NCBI GenBank assembly: GCA_017469355.1 | Contig: JAFUGM010000065.1 | Span: 29,263 to 93,262, forward strand | Source: Solobacterium sp. | GTDB lineage: Bacteria > Bacillota_I > Bacilli_A > Erysipelotrichales > Erysipelotrichaceae | Reading direction: 5' to 3' | DNA length: 64,000 nucleotides | Program-made: the position numbers and the translations under genes | The notes under the pieces: generated by a model | Seen by the model: only the letters and a program-made list of their open reading frames with translations | What the model was told of the DNA's origin: nothing | The model's database searches: none | Shown here: piece after piece, positions 38,326-46,837 of the stretch | Layout: each line of letters starts with the position of its first letter | Position numbering within the stretch: position 1 is the stretch's first letter

Positions 38326-38547
38326 TTACTGCTTTTGTTTCAGGCGGGCTTTTGCGTCTTCTACGGTCTCGCCTTCTTTGGTCAGAAACTGACCGACAAA
38401 CCCATCTTCAATTCTGGTGTAGGTATCCACCACACCGGATTCCACTTTCTTGTAGCTTCCGACAACACCGTCTTCTACTTTCTGGAAACCGCTTGTTACA
38501 ACTTCCGCAATTTTCTCGTTCGCTTTACCCAGTTTGGATTCTGCCAT
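38326..38547 (-). CDS. Small hypothetical protein with 11-residue amphipathic repeats
   Basis: MAESKLG start behind AAGGAG; KIAEVVTSGFQ/KVEDGVVGSYK/KVESGVVDTYT/RIEDGFVGQFL. Confidence 0.75.
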   Translation of the reverse strand: MAESKLGKANEKIAEVVTSGFQKVEDGVVGSYKKVESGVVDTYTRIEDGFVGQFLTKEGETVEDAKARLKQKQ

Positions 38548-38922
38548 TTGTTTTCTCCTTTTATGTTTCCTCACGTTATATATGGTTTTATACCATGAAA
38601 AATTCATAGTTGAGAAACCGAATTATTGAAGGTGCCAAGAGTCTGATTATGGTTAAGGAGTTCAGCGCAGGCAGAAAATTATAGTATAGTTAGGAATAAC
38701 TAACACAGGCTGAACAGGAGGAATGACAGGTGAATCGTGATCGGATTGGAACGTTTCTGACAATTGGTGCAGTTGCGTTAGTTACGTGTGGAATGGAACG
38801 CTGATGCTACCTGGAACGGCAGTTATTATGAGCCCACTGTGGGCCATGTGCTGATGTGCATTGCATTCTGGCTGGCATATCGGAAGTATGAGAATACGTT
38901 GGAATAATGAGGGAGTGATGGT

Positions 38923-39408
38923 ATGGTTTTGATTCTGGAATGTATTGTAGTCTGCTTTATTCTTCTTGTGCCATGTGTGGTTGTGATTGCGAATGGCATA
39001 CACAATGGCGTATTTCTGTTTGAACAGGATGTGCAGGACCGTGTGGTAGAAATGGGTTTGATTTCCAGAGAACAGATTCAAAAAAATCTGAAGATCTTCA
39101 AGTGGTCAACACTGAGTGCTCTGGTTGTGTTTGTTCTGGTTGCGGTTTATGTCATCAATGGGGCACGTGGGTTCTGGCAGCCGTTCTGGCAGATCTATGC
39201 GCTGGCTATGGCAGAGGGCTTGTTTGACCGCTTCTTTATTGATGCGTATTGGGTAGGTCATACAAGGGCCTGGACAATCCCGGGCACCGAAGACCTGAAG
39301 CCATATATTCCAAGAAAGCGACTGATTATCAAGTGGCTGATTGTTCTGGTAGGGAATCCGCTGATTGCGGCAGTGCTCTCAGGAATCATGGTTCTATTTG
39401 TGCATTGA
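38923..39408 (+). CDS. Hypothetical membrane protein
   Basis: 161 aa, 3-4 TM segments, RBS GAGGGAG; W.IPGTEDL.PYIP motif. Confidence 0.75.
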   Translation: MVLILECIVVCFILLVPCVVVIANGIHNGVFLFEQDVQDRVVEMGLISREQIQKNLKIFKWSTLSALVVFVLVAVYVINGARGFWQPFWQIYALAMAEGLFDRFFIDAYWVGHTRAWTIPGTEDLKPYIPRKRLIIKWLIVLVGNPLIAAVLSGIMVLFVH

Positions 39409-39419
39409 GGGAAGATGCC

Positions 39420-40364
39420 ATGAGTTTGTTATATCGCATACTGAAGCCTGTCGTACGGAAGATCGTAAAAGGGAGTTCAGTTCATCAGGAAGCGGACTAT
39501 GAAGAATTTAAACAGGCTTCCTACCAGGTTCAAGCGAAGTTTCATTTTTCGCTGCCCAAGATCCATGGATTTGAATTCCGTGATGAGCAGTTGGATGGCT
39601 TTCATATCATCGTAGGAAAGGAAGCTGGAACAGATCCGACCCATGCGGTGGTTTATTTCCCTGGGGGAGGATCCCGGCGTTGGCAGCTTCCCTATAAGAA
39701 CTCCATGAAGAACTATATTCATAAGACCGGAGCGGAATTATGGATTCCGTTATATCCGCTGCTGCCGGATTATGATCTGATGGAAGAAACGGAGTTCACC
39801 ATTCGTGTACATGAAAAAATGATGGAGAAGTTTCTTCCGGAGAATATCGTATGGCTTGGATTTTCCGGTGGTGCGGATGTGCTGTTTCAGGCAGGACGTC
39901 ATATGGTACAGAAGTATCCGGAGATTCCAATGCCGGGAATGATGATTCCGGTATCCTGCTCTGGATTATTGATGAGTGAGGCGTCGAAGGAACGGATGAA
40001 AGAAATTGATTCCCGTGATCCAATTCTTCATTGGGATATGTTTGAGAAAATGGTGAAATACTATAATCCAAACGGTGATCTGCCGCAGTATATTCTGGGC
40101 AAGGCAGATGAAGATGACTATACCGGCTTCCCTAAGGTCATCATGTATTTTGCGGGAGATGAAGTTTTTGCGGGTATCGCTCCTGATTATGAAGCGTCCT
40201 TTATCCGCTGTGGAGTGAAGGACTATGATATTCGAATCATTGAAGATGTGCCTCACGCCTGGCCGGTATTTACCTTTTTGCCAGAAGGGCGAGCAGGGGA
40301 AGCGATGTTGATTGAGGATATCAATGCGTTCTTTTATGGCTCTGATGCCACCAAACCACAATGA
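39420..40364 (+). CDS. Alpha/beta hydrolase (GDXG-like)
   Basis: YFPGGGS, GFSGG, AGDE, PHAW; start reassigned to ATG 39420. Confidence 0.8.
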   Translation: MSLLYRILKPVVRKIVKGSSVHQEADYEEFKQASYQVQAKFHFSLPKIHGFEFRDEQLDGFHIIVGKEAGTDPTHAVVYFPGGGSRRWQLPYKNSMKNYIHKTGAELWIPLYPLLPDYDLMEETEFTIRVHEKMMEKFLPENIVWLGFSGGADVLFQAGRHMVQKYPEIPMPGMMIPVSCSGLLMSEASKERMKEIDSRDPILHWDMFEKMVKYYNPNGDLPQYILGKADEDDYTGFPKVIMYFAGDEVFAGIAPDYEASFIRCGVKDYDIRIIEDVPHAWPVFTFLPEGRAGEAMLIEDINAFFYGSDATKPQ

Positions 40365-40374
40365 GGAGATTGTT

Positions 40375-41268
40375 ATGGCAAGAAAAGATTCAGAAAATCA
40401 GAAAAAGACAATGAGTCGTATGTTTCGTGGCACAGATATCTTCAAGCCGCTGAATACGGGGAGAATCGATGATCATGTCGCATGTGTCAGGGAGTGGGTT
40501 GCGAATATCTTTTTCTATACGCACAATGACACGACTATTATGATTGACGCCGGATATAACTATGAACGGCTGAGTGAAAAGATGCGCTGGCTGGATATCG
40601 ATCCCTCTTCCATACATCATATTCTGATCACGCATCAGGATACCGACCACGTTGGTGCGTTAGAGGCAGACAGTGAACTTCTGTTTAAGGATGCGACGAT
40701 CTACCTGAGTGAGATAGAAAATCGTTATCTTACTGGTGAAGTGAGAAGAAAAGTATTTCATGGACTATATAAGCTGCCACAGGTAAACACAGAGAATCCG
40801 CGTGTGTTGTTAAACGATGGGCAGATTCTGGATATAGAAGGAATACGGGTAGAATGTATTCTGGTTCCGGGACATACCTGGGGTCATATGGTTTACCTGA
40901 TTGAGGATGAATATCTGTTTACTGGTGATACACTCTGGTTTGGCGCAGATGGCGGATATAGTTTCATCAGCACGCTGGCAGAAGATAATCGCTTGTCTAT
41001 TCAATCCCTGGAGAAATTAGAACAGAACCTTCGAAACAGAAACAGAACCATTAAGCTGATTACCGGTCATACCGGATGGACCGATGATCTGTCCTTTGCG
41101 TTCCGGCACAGAACAGAACTCTGCGCTCCGTTTAAGAAGCGTATGCATGACCCGGATGCGCCATATGATGGATATGATGAATCGGACGATACAGAAGAAC
41201 ACGCCCGCAATGGAGTGCTTGCCAAACAGATTGATTACACCCCGGATGGAGTGGTAACTGAATCGTAA
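40375..41268 (+). CDS. MBL-fold metallo-hydrolase
   Basis: IDAG, THQDTDHVG, PGHTWGH, LFTGD, TGH; start ATG 40375 behind GAGGAG. Confidence 0.88.
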   Translation: MARKDSENQKKTMSRMFRGTDIFKPLNTGRIDDHVACVREWVANIFFYTHNDTTIMIDAGYNYERLSEKMRWLDIDPSSIHHILITHQDTDHVGALEADSELLFKDATIYLSEIENRYLTGEVRRKVFHGLYKLPQVNTENPRVLLNDGQILDIEGIRVECILVPGHTWGHMVYLIEDEYLFTGDTLWFGADGGYSFISTLAEDNRLSIQSLEKLEQNLRNRNRTIKLITGHTGWTDDLSFAFRHRTELCAPFKKRMHDPDAPYDGYDESDDTEEHARNGVLAKQIDYTPDGVVTES

Positions 41269-41382
41269 GAACCTGCGATATGGCTCAGGAATTCAAATGA
41301 TTACGGAGAATACTATTGATGAGCAGACAATGAGGGAATACGCTTTAGAAGACAACGTGATAGAAAGAGAAACAGAACACCT

Positions 41383-41436
41383 ATGATAAAGATCCTATTT
41401 GTCTGCCATGGCATTAGCCACAGAGCGGTGGCATAA
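41383..41436 (+). pseudogene. Displaced 5' fragment of an LMW protein tyrosine phosphatase gene
   Basis: MIKILFVCHG then ISHRAVA-stop; matches RILFVCHG of the intact gene at 43406. Confidence 0.8.
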
Positions 41437-41524
41437 GCGGATAAAGTGGGGCAAAACGGGGTAAATCGGTCCAACGGTATAGAAACCTACTACCGTTTTA
41501 CTACCGTCCGGGAGACTGAAAACA

Positions 41525-41671
41525 AAATATGATCACATCTGCATCCTGGGCTTTTTCAATGACAGGACGGATGCTGTCGCGGATTGCACATATGCCGTTA
41601 GTCTTACTGTTCTTGATCTTACATGCGAAGCAGCTACGGCATCCGGTAAACTCATATTCTAAAAGATTAAA
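41525..41671 (-). pseudogene. Fragment of a flavodoxin/iron-sulfur flavoprotein (FMN reductase-like) gene
   Basis: FTGCRSCFACK...CAIRD...IEKAQDADVIIF; truncated exactly before the expected GSP motif. Confidence 0.7.
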
Positions 41672-41839
41672 CACAAACATAAACCGTAAGAATACAGCAG
41701 TAACAGACATAATGGAGTTGACAGATCCAGGTTCAGATCCCGGATTTGTCGTCTTTTTTCTTGCAATGTGTTAGCTTGACTGGCATAATGACGGCAGATT
41801 CAGGATTGAATCCCAGATTTGCCAACAGGAGGTTTGCTA

Positions 41840-43099
41840 ATGGATTATATCAAACGTGCAATTGAGGATATCGCTGAGCATTCAGACAAAACATTCAAGA
41901 GTATACTGATCACCGGAGCACGACAGACAGGAAAGACGGAGATGATAAAACACCTCTTTCCTGACAAGAAATTTGTTCTGATTGATGATCCGTTTGTAGA
42001 GGATCAGGCAAATAACAATCCCAACATGTTTATGATGCTGAACCAACCGCCAGTGGTCTATGATGAAGTGCAACGTGCCCCCGGCTTGTTCCGCTATATA
42101 AAAATCGCATGTGACGAAGCGACAGACAGGGGATTATTTTGCCTATCTGGCTCTCAACCTCTCGAACTAATGGAGAAAGCGTCAGAGTCACTTTCGGGGA
42201 GGATTGGCATTATCGAGATGGCACCTCTTTCTGCAAGGGAGATTGATAGAGACTTATTTAATATGCCGTTCCTTCCCACTATGGAATATGTACAGGAACG
42301 CAACAAAACAGCAAAGGCTCCGAAAAATCTGTGGGAGAGAATCCACCGTGGAGGATACCCAGAGCTCCAAAAAACGGACGTTGATTGGGGAGTTTTCTTT
42401 TCAAGTTATGTTAAAACCTATCTGGAACGTGATGTTCGAAAACTATCAGCTGTTCAGGATCTAAATGACTTCAGACGGTTTATGGTGGCTGTTGCAGCCA
42501 GAACCGGACAGATGGTGAACTACAGCAACATAGCTGACGAAATAGGCAAAGATCAGACTACTGTGAAATCATGGATGTCTATTCTGGAAGCGTCTGGTAT
42601 AGTCTACTTGCTGGAACCCTATACACCAAGTGTATTGAACCGGGCAATTAAAACCCCGAAAGTATATTTTAGGGATACCGGACTTGCAGCGTATCTTACC
42701 CGCTGGCTATCGCCCGACACATTAGCAAATGGCGCTATGAGCGGTGAATTCTTTGAAACATATGTAATCTCAGAAATACTGAAGTCATATTCAAACCGAG
42801 GAATCGACTACAGATATTGTGTATCTTATTATCGGGGACGTGATAAGAAAAAAGTTAAGAAGAATGGAGAGACAACATTCGTTGAGAGCGAAATTGATCT
42901 GATCATCGAGGAAAATGGTACTTTGTATCCGATTGAGATCAAGAAGAATACTTCCGTTACTGCCGATGAGACATCCGCGTTTTTAGTTCTTGATAAGGTT
43001 GAAGAAAAAAAGAGGGGAACGGGGGCAATCATTTGTAATTGTCCGCAGCCAGGAATGCTGAGGGAAAATATTTTGCAGATACCTGTTTGGTATATTTAA
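41840..43099 (+). CDS. AAA+ ATPase (AAA_14 + DUF4143 type)
   Basis: TGARQTGKT, YDEVQ, LSGSQ, RGGYPE, KVYFRDTG, EIDLII...PIEIK; start ATG 41840 behind AGGAGG. Confidence 0.9.
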   Translation: MDYIKRAIEDIAEHSDKTFKSILITGARQTGKTEMIKHLFPDKKFVLIDDPFVEDQANNNPNMFMMLNQPPVVYDEVQRAPGLFRYIKIACDEATDRGLFCLSGSQPLELMEKASESLSGRIGIIEMAPLSAREIDRDLFNMPFLPTMEYVQERNKTAKAPKNLWERIHRGGYPELQKTDVDWGVFFSSYVKTYLERDVRKLSAVQDLNDFRRFMVAVAARTGQMVNYSNIADEIGKDQTTVKSWMSILEASGIVYLLEPYTPSVLNRAIKTPKVYFRDTGLAAYLTRWLSPDTLANGAMSGEFFETYVISEILKSYSNRGIDYRYCVSYYRGRDKKKVKKNGETTFVESEIDLIIEENGTLYPIEIKKNTSVTADETSAFLVLDKVEEKKRGTGAIICNCPQPGMLRENILQIPVWYI

Positions 43100-43405
43100 A
43101 ACACAGGAGCAGGATGGATCAATCCATTTTGCTCCTGTAATCGCAATTGATGACCATTAAGAATTCCTGACGTCAATTCTTTTTGTATTATCCCTGGATA
43201 AGTTTCTGCTCTCTTTTTTAAGAACAGGCAAGTGTTGTGGGAAAGACTTATAGAGGCGTGTCGTAAGGACTGACGAGATACGACAGATTTTACGACAAAA
43301 TCGGGGGAAGATATGTAACGATATGCCTATTTATGCGAACGATCAGCAGTTTCGATAATTCGCAGGAACCGCTTGTTTATGTGGTTTGAAAGGATATGCA
43401 AACTT

Positions 43406-43876
43406 ATGAAACGTAAAATTAGAATACTGTTTGTCTGCCATGGAAATATATGCAGGAGTCCGATGGCGGAATTTGTGATGAAAGATCTGGTAAACCGATC
43501 GGGAGTTTCCGATCAGTTTGAGATCGCATCCGCAGCCACAAGTACAGAAGAGATTGGGAACTCCGTATATCCTCCCGCAAGAAGAAAACTTGCCGAACAC
43601 GGGATTTCCTGTGAAGGGAAACGGGCTAGGCAGATTACCTATTCTGATTATGATACCTATGATTATCTGATTGGGATGGACGGGGAGAACCTGCGGAATA
43701 TGAGACGTTATTGGCGAAATGATCCTGAACACAAGGTTTCACTTCTTCTGGACTATACAGATCATCCCGGTAGTGTTGCGGACCCCTGGTATACTGGAAA
43801 CTTCGACCGCACCTGGGATGATGTGCTGGAAGGATGTACCGGGCTGCTCGATCACATCATGAATACTGAGTTATAA
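43406..43876 (+). CDS. Low molecular weight protein tyrosine phosphatase
   Basis: CHGNICRS (CX5R) P-loop and DPWY motif; start ATG 43406 behind GAAAGGA. Confidence 0.93.
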   Translation: MKRKIRILFVCHGNICRSPMAEFVMKDLVNRSGVSDQFEIASAATSTEEIGNSVYPPARRKLAEHGISCEGKRARQITYSDYDTYDYLIGMDGENLRNMRRYWRNDPEHKVSLLLDYTDHPGSVADPWYTGNFDRTWDDVLEGCTGLLDHIMNTEL

Positions 43877-43909
43877 CAAAACACGGGCACCGATCGGTGC
43901 CCGTTCATA

Positions 43910-45193
43910 TCATTCTGCAGCTTCGGTTTCTGGTTCTTCCTCAGGAGGATTCAGGATATTGTGCCAATCCGTGCTGGAAAGAATTGTTTCAGAAGGAATG
44001 TTTGTTTCATCTGACCATGGCTTCAGGTACAGACACCAGAATTCATCATAGGTCATTCCGGTCGCGTATACTGCCTGCGCGAGCTCCTTTCCGACATAGC
44101 GGTAATGCCAGGGTTCAAACTCATAGCCGGTAATATCTTCCTTGCCTTCGGGATAACGGAGTATCCATCCGTAATCCATACAGTTGTTGGAAACCCAGAC
44201 ATAGGCAGAAGTCTCATTGAAGTCTTTGTCTTCTTCCCCAGTCATGGTGATATCTACCGCTAGCCCGGTCTGATGTTCGGAGAATCCAGGCCGTGCACTT
44301 TCACGGTCTGCCTGTTCCTGCCCATGGTTGAACACATAGGTGTCATAGAGGGAAGACTGCGCGTCATAGGAGCGGTAGGAGCTTACCGCATAGAACGGTA
44401 CACCCATCGCTCTGCCGCCGGCAGCCCATGTCTCCATGGCTTCTGCGGCTTCTTTTGCAAGCTGCGTTCCTGGTGCCCCACACTGCATGGAGAGATCAGT
44501 CAGCCCTTTGGGGAGATAGGAGTTCTCCAGGTAGAAATGCTTGTTTACTAACATATCTGTGGTTGTGACCGCAGGATAGGTCTGCTCATATGGTTTGGAG
44601 TAGCTTCCCGAGAGTTCAAAGGAACTGCGGGAGTTCTCCGGGTGATTCAGACAGTCATCGATGTAGTTCTGTTCGATTAACAGATAGTCATATGTAAGCA
44701 GCGGCGTCAGTTCCACAAACCGCAGGTTTTCATACAGATTGAGAATCTGATCTTCTTCATATCCCTTATCACGAAGGCGATTGACCATCAGGAAGTCCGT
44801 ATTATCGAGATACTTTTCACCGGATATGACGGTATAGAGTTCCAGATAGTCGGTATTCACGGTCTTTTCCTTCAGACAGGACGCAAGATAGTCACTGTAC
44901 CACTCATGTTCGAGAAGGGTTTTAGCCAGCTTCAGCTCACGGATCGACGCAATGGTTTCCTTATCATATCCCAGGGCCTTGAGCTTCTTTGTCTCGACGG
45001 ATCTAGGAATCGTGAGAATTGCGATAATCGCTAGAACTCCCGCAAGCGCAAACCATACCTCCTTGCGGAGTTGTTTCAGTTTCAGCTTCCGTTTCTTCTT
45101 TTTCTTTGGGGCGGTTGTTCCGGAAGTAACCGTGGGGTTATTCCAGGGAAGCACCAGCCGGTATTTTCTGCGTTTCTTTTTCTTCGATGCCAT
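43910..45193 (-). CDS. M15B (VanY-like) D,D-carboxypeptidase, membrane-anchored
   Basis: SSYRSY, SEHQTGLAVD, GWILRYP, EPWHYRYVG; N-terminal basic tail plus TM helix. Confidence 0.88.
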   Translation of the reverse strand: MASKKKKRRKYRLVLPWNNPTVTSGTTAPKKKKKRKLKLKQLRKEVWFALAGVLAIIAILTIPRSVETKKLKALGYDKETIASIRELKLAKTLLEHEWYSDYLASCLKEKTVNTDYLELYTVISGEKYLDNTDFLMVNRLRDKGYEEDQILNLYENLRFVELTPLLTYDYLLIEQNYIDDCLNHPENSRSSFELSGSYSKPYEQTYPAVTTTDMLVNKHFYLENSYLPKGLTDLSMQCGAPGTQLAKEAAEAMETWAAGGRAMGVPFYAVSSYRSYDAQSSLYDTYVFNHGQEQADRESARPGFSEHQTGLAVDITMTGEEDKDFNETSAYVWVSNNCMDYGWILRYPEGKEDITGYEFEPWHYRYVGKELAQAVYATGMTYDEFWCLYLKPWSDETNIPSETILSSTDWHNILNPPEEEPETEAAE

Positions 45194-45854
45194 AACAGTC
45201 CTTAAAGTGATTCCATTCTCCTTCTTCCGGTGGAAGACAGGTCAGTATAACAGGTTCTTTGGAAACCGGATGCGGGAATTCAAGACGTACAGCCCATAAG
45301 GCAATCTGCCCGTGTTCCGGGTTGGGGTGATAACGGTGATCCGATACCAGTGGCAGTCCCCGGGAAGAGAACTGCACACGAATCTGATGGGGGCGGCCAG
45401 TCTCGAGTTCAATCTGTACGAGGGAACGTCCATTTCGCTCTCCCAGCAGTTTATAATGCAGGACCGAGCGCTTTCCATGGGCTTCATCCGTTACCTTTAC
45501 CATATTGGAAGAAGGGTCTTTGACCAGCCAGTCTACCAGTGTTCCTTCCTCCTCTTTGGGAATTCCATCGAGAATTGCGTAGTAGGTTTTCTTCATTGCG
45601 TGCCTACGCACCTGATCCGACAGTCGGGAAGCCGCCTTGGAGGTCTTGGCGAAGATCATCGCTCCGCCAACCGGCCGATCCAGCCGATGAACCAGCCCGA
45701 GATAGACATTCCCCGGTTTGTGATAGGTCTCCTTCAGATACTGCTTCAGTTCTGAAAGAAGATCGGGATCGTTGCTGGAATCGGAATTCACCAGCATATT
45801 CGCAGGTTTTTCTACTCCCAGCAGGTGATTGTCCTCATACAGAATTCTAATCAT
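45138..45854 (-). CDS. RluA family pseudouridine synthase
   Basis: ILYEDNHLL.VEKP, HRLDRPVGG, TGRPHQIR; start ATG 45854. Confidence 0.92.
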   Translation of the reverse strand: MIRILYEDNHLLGVEKPANMLVNSDSSNDPDLLSELKQYLKETYHKPGNVYLGLVHRLDRPVGGAMIFAKTSKAASRLSDQVRRHAMKKTYYAILDGIPKEEEGTLVDWLVKDPSSNMVKVTDEAHGKRSVLHYKLLGERNGRSLVQIELETGRPHQIRVQFSSRGLPLVSDHRYHPNPEHGQIALWAVRLEFPHPVSKEPVILTCLPPEEGEWNHFKDCYGIEEKETQKIPAGASLE

Positions 45855-46728
45855 TGCGCTGCCATCTTCCATAGATGCCGCAGGGCAATAACAGATCGCG
45901 CTGCTGTACCGGAATCGCCACCTCACCAGAGGTGATCGTACCGTGGGTGATCCGTTCTCCCAGGGTTGTTTTCATCAGGTCTTCCAGCACGATGGAGGAA
46001 AATCCTGTCGTATAGCTGTTAATCAGGAAGAAGAGCCCATTCCTGTCAAAGATATCAAGACATGCCTGAATCAAACGGGTCAGTTCCTTTTCAAACTTCC
46101 ACAGTTCCCCATTGGGGCCTCTTCCGTAAGAAGGGGGATCCATGACGATTCCGTGATAGGTGCGGCCACGCCGTTTCTCCCGCTCTGCGAACTTAACACA
46201 GTCATCTACGATGAAGCGGATGGTATGGTCCTGCAGGTGAGACAAGTCACGGTTTTCCTTTGCCCAGGAAACCATTCCCTTGGACGCATCTACGTGAACA
46301 ACTTCCGCTGCGCCTGCTTCAGCGCATGCCATGGTTGCCCCGCCAGTATACGCAAACAGGTTTAATATTCGCAGATTCTCTTCCTGATGGGAGGAAATCT
46401 GCTGTCCCATCCAGTCCCAGTTGACGGCCTGTTCCGGAAATAATCCGGTATGTTTGAAGCCGGTTGGACTGACCTTGAAGGTGAGATTGCGATAGGACAC
46501 ATTCCAGGATTCAGGAAGGGAATGCCGGTATTCCCACTCTCCGCCGCCTTTACTGGAACGATGATAGATTGCATCTGCCTGTTTCCATAACGACGAAGCG
46601 GTATCCGCAGGCCAGATGGCCTGGGGGTCAGGACGACGGAGCGTAATTCCGTTCCAGCGTTCCAGCTTCTCTCCGTTTCCGGCGTCGAGACAGATGTAAT
46701 CAGTCCAGTTGTCAGCGGTCAATAACAT
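45847..46728 (-). CDS. Class I SAM-dependent (rRNA) methyltransferase, RlmI/K-like
   Basis: GLFPEQ, LNLFAYTGG, VHVDAS, MDPPSYG. Confidence 0.88.
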   Translation of the reverse strand: MLLTADNWTDYICLDAGNGEKLERWNGITLRRPDPQAIWPADTASSLWKQADAIYHRSSKGGGEWEYRHSLPESWNVSYRNLTFKVSPTGFKHTGLFPEQAVNWDWMGQQISSHQEENLRILNLFAYTGGATMACAEAGAAEVVHVDASKGMVSWAKENRDLSHLQDHTIRFIVDDCVKFAEREKRRGRTYHGIVMDPPSYGRGPNGELWKFEKELTRLIQACLDIFDRNGLFFLINSYTTGFSSIVLEDLMKTTLGERITHGTITSGEVAIPVQQRDLLLPCGIYGRWQRND

Positions 46729-46837
46729 GAGTGTCAGTCTTCCTTACAGGCTCATATTATACCATGCGGGGAACACTCTGCCGCAGGACCTCCATGGTAT
46801 AATAGACAGCACGTCAAAGCGGAAAGGAAGTACGGAA

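Larger units (their letters stand above)
41398..43443. mobile_element. Integrase-less (decayed or non-autonomous) integrative element in the LMW-PTP gene
   Basis: Exact 14-bp direct repeat TTTGTCTGCCATGG at 41398-41411 and 43430-43443; subterminal short direct repeats (TACTACCGT x2, TACGACA x2); cargo is one ATPase and a gene fragment. Confidence 0.7.

Noticed and set aside
38723-38910. Possible frameshifted small membrane protein (NRDRIGTFLTIGAVAL / WNGSYYEPTVGHVLMCIAFWLAY)
   Set aside because: It needs an assumed frameshift, I recognise no family, and it cannot be supported without a homology search
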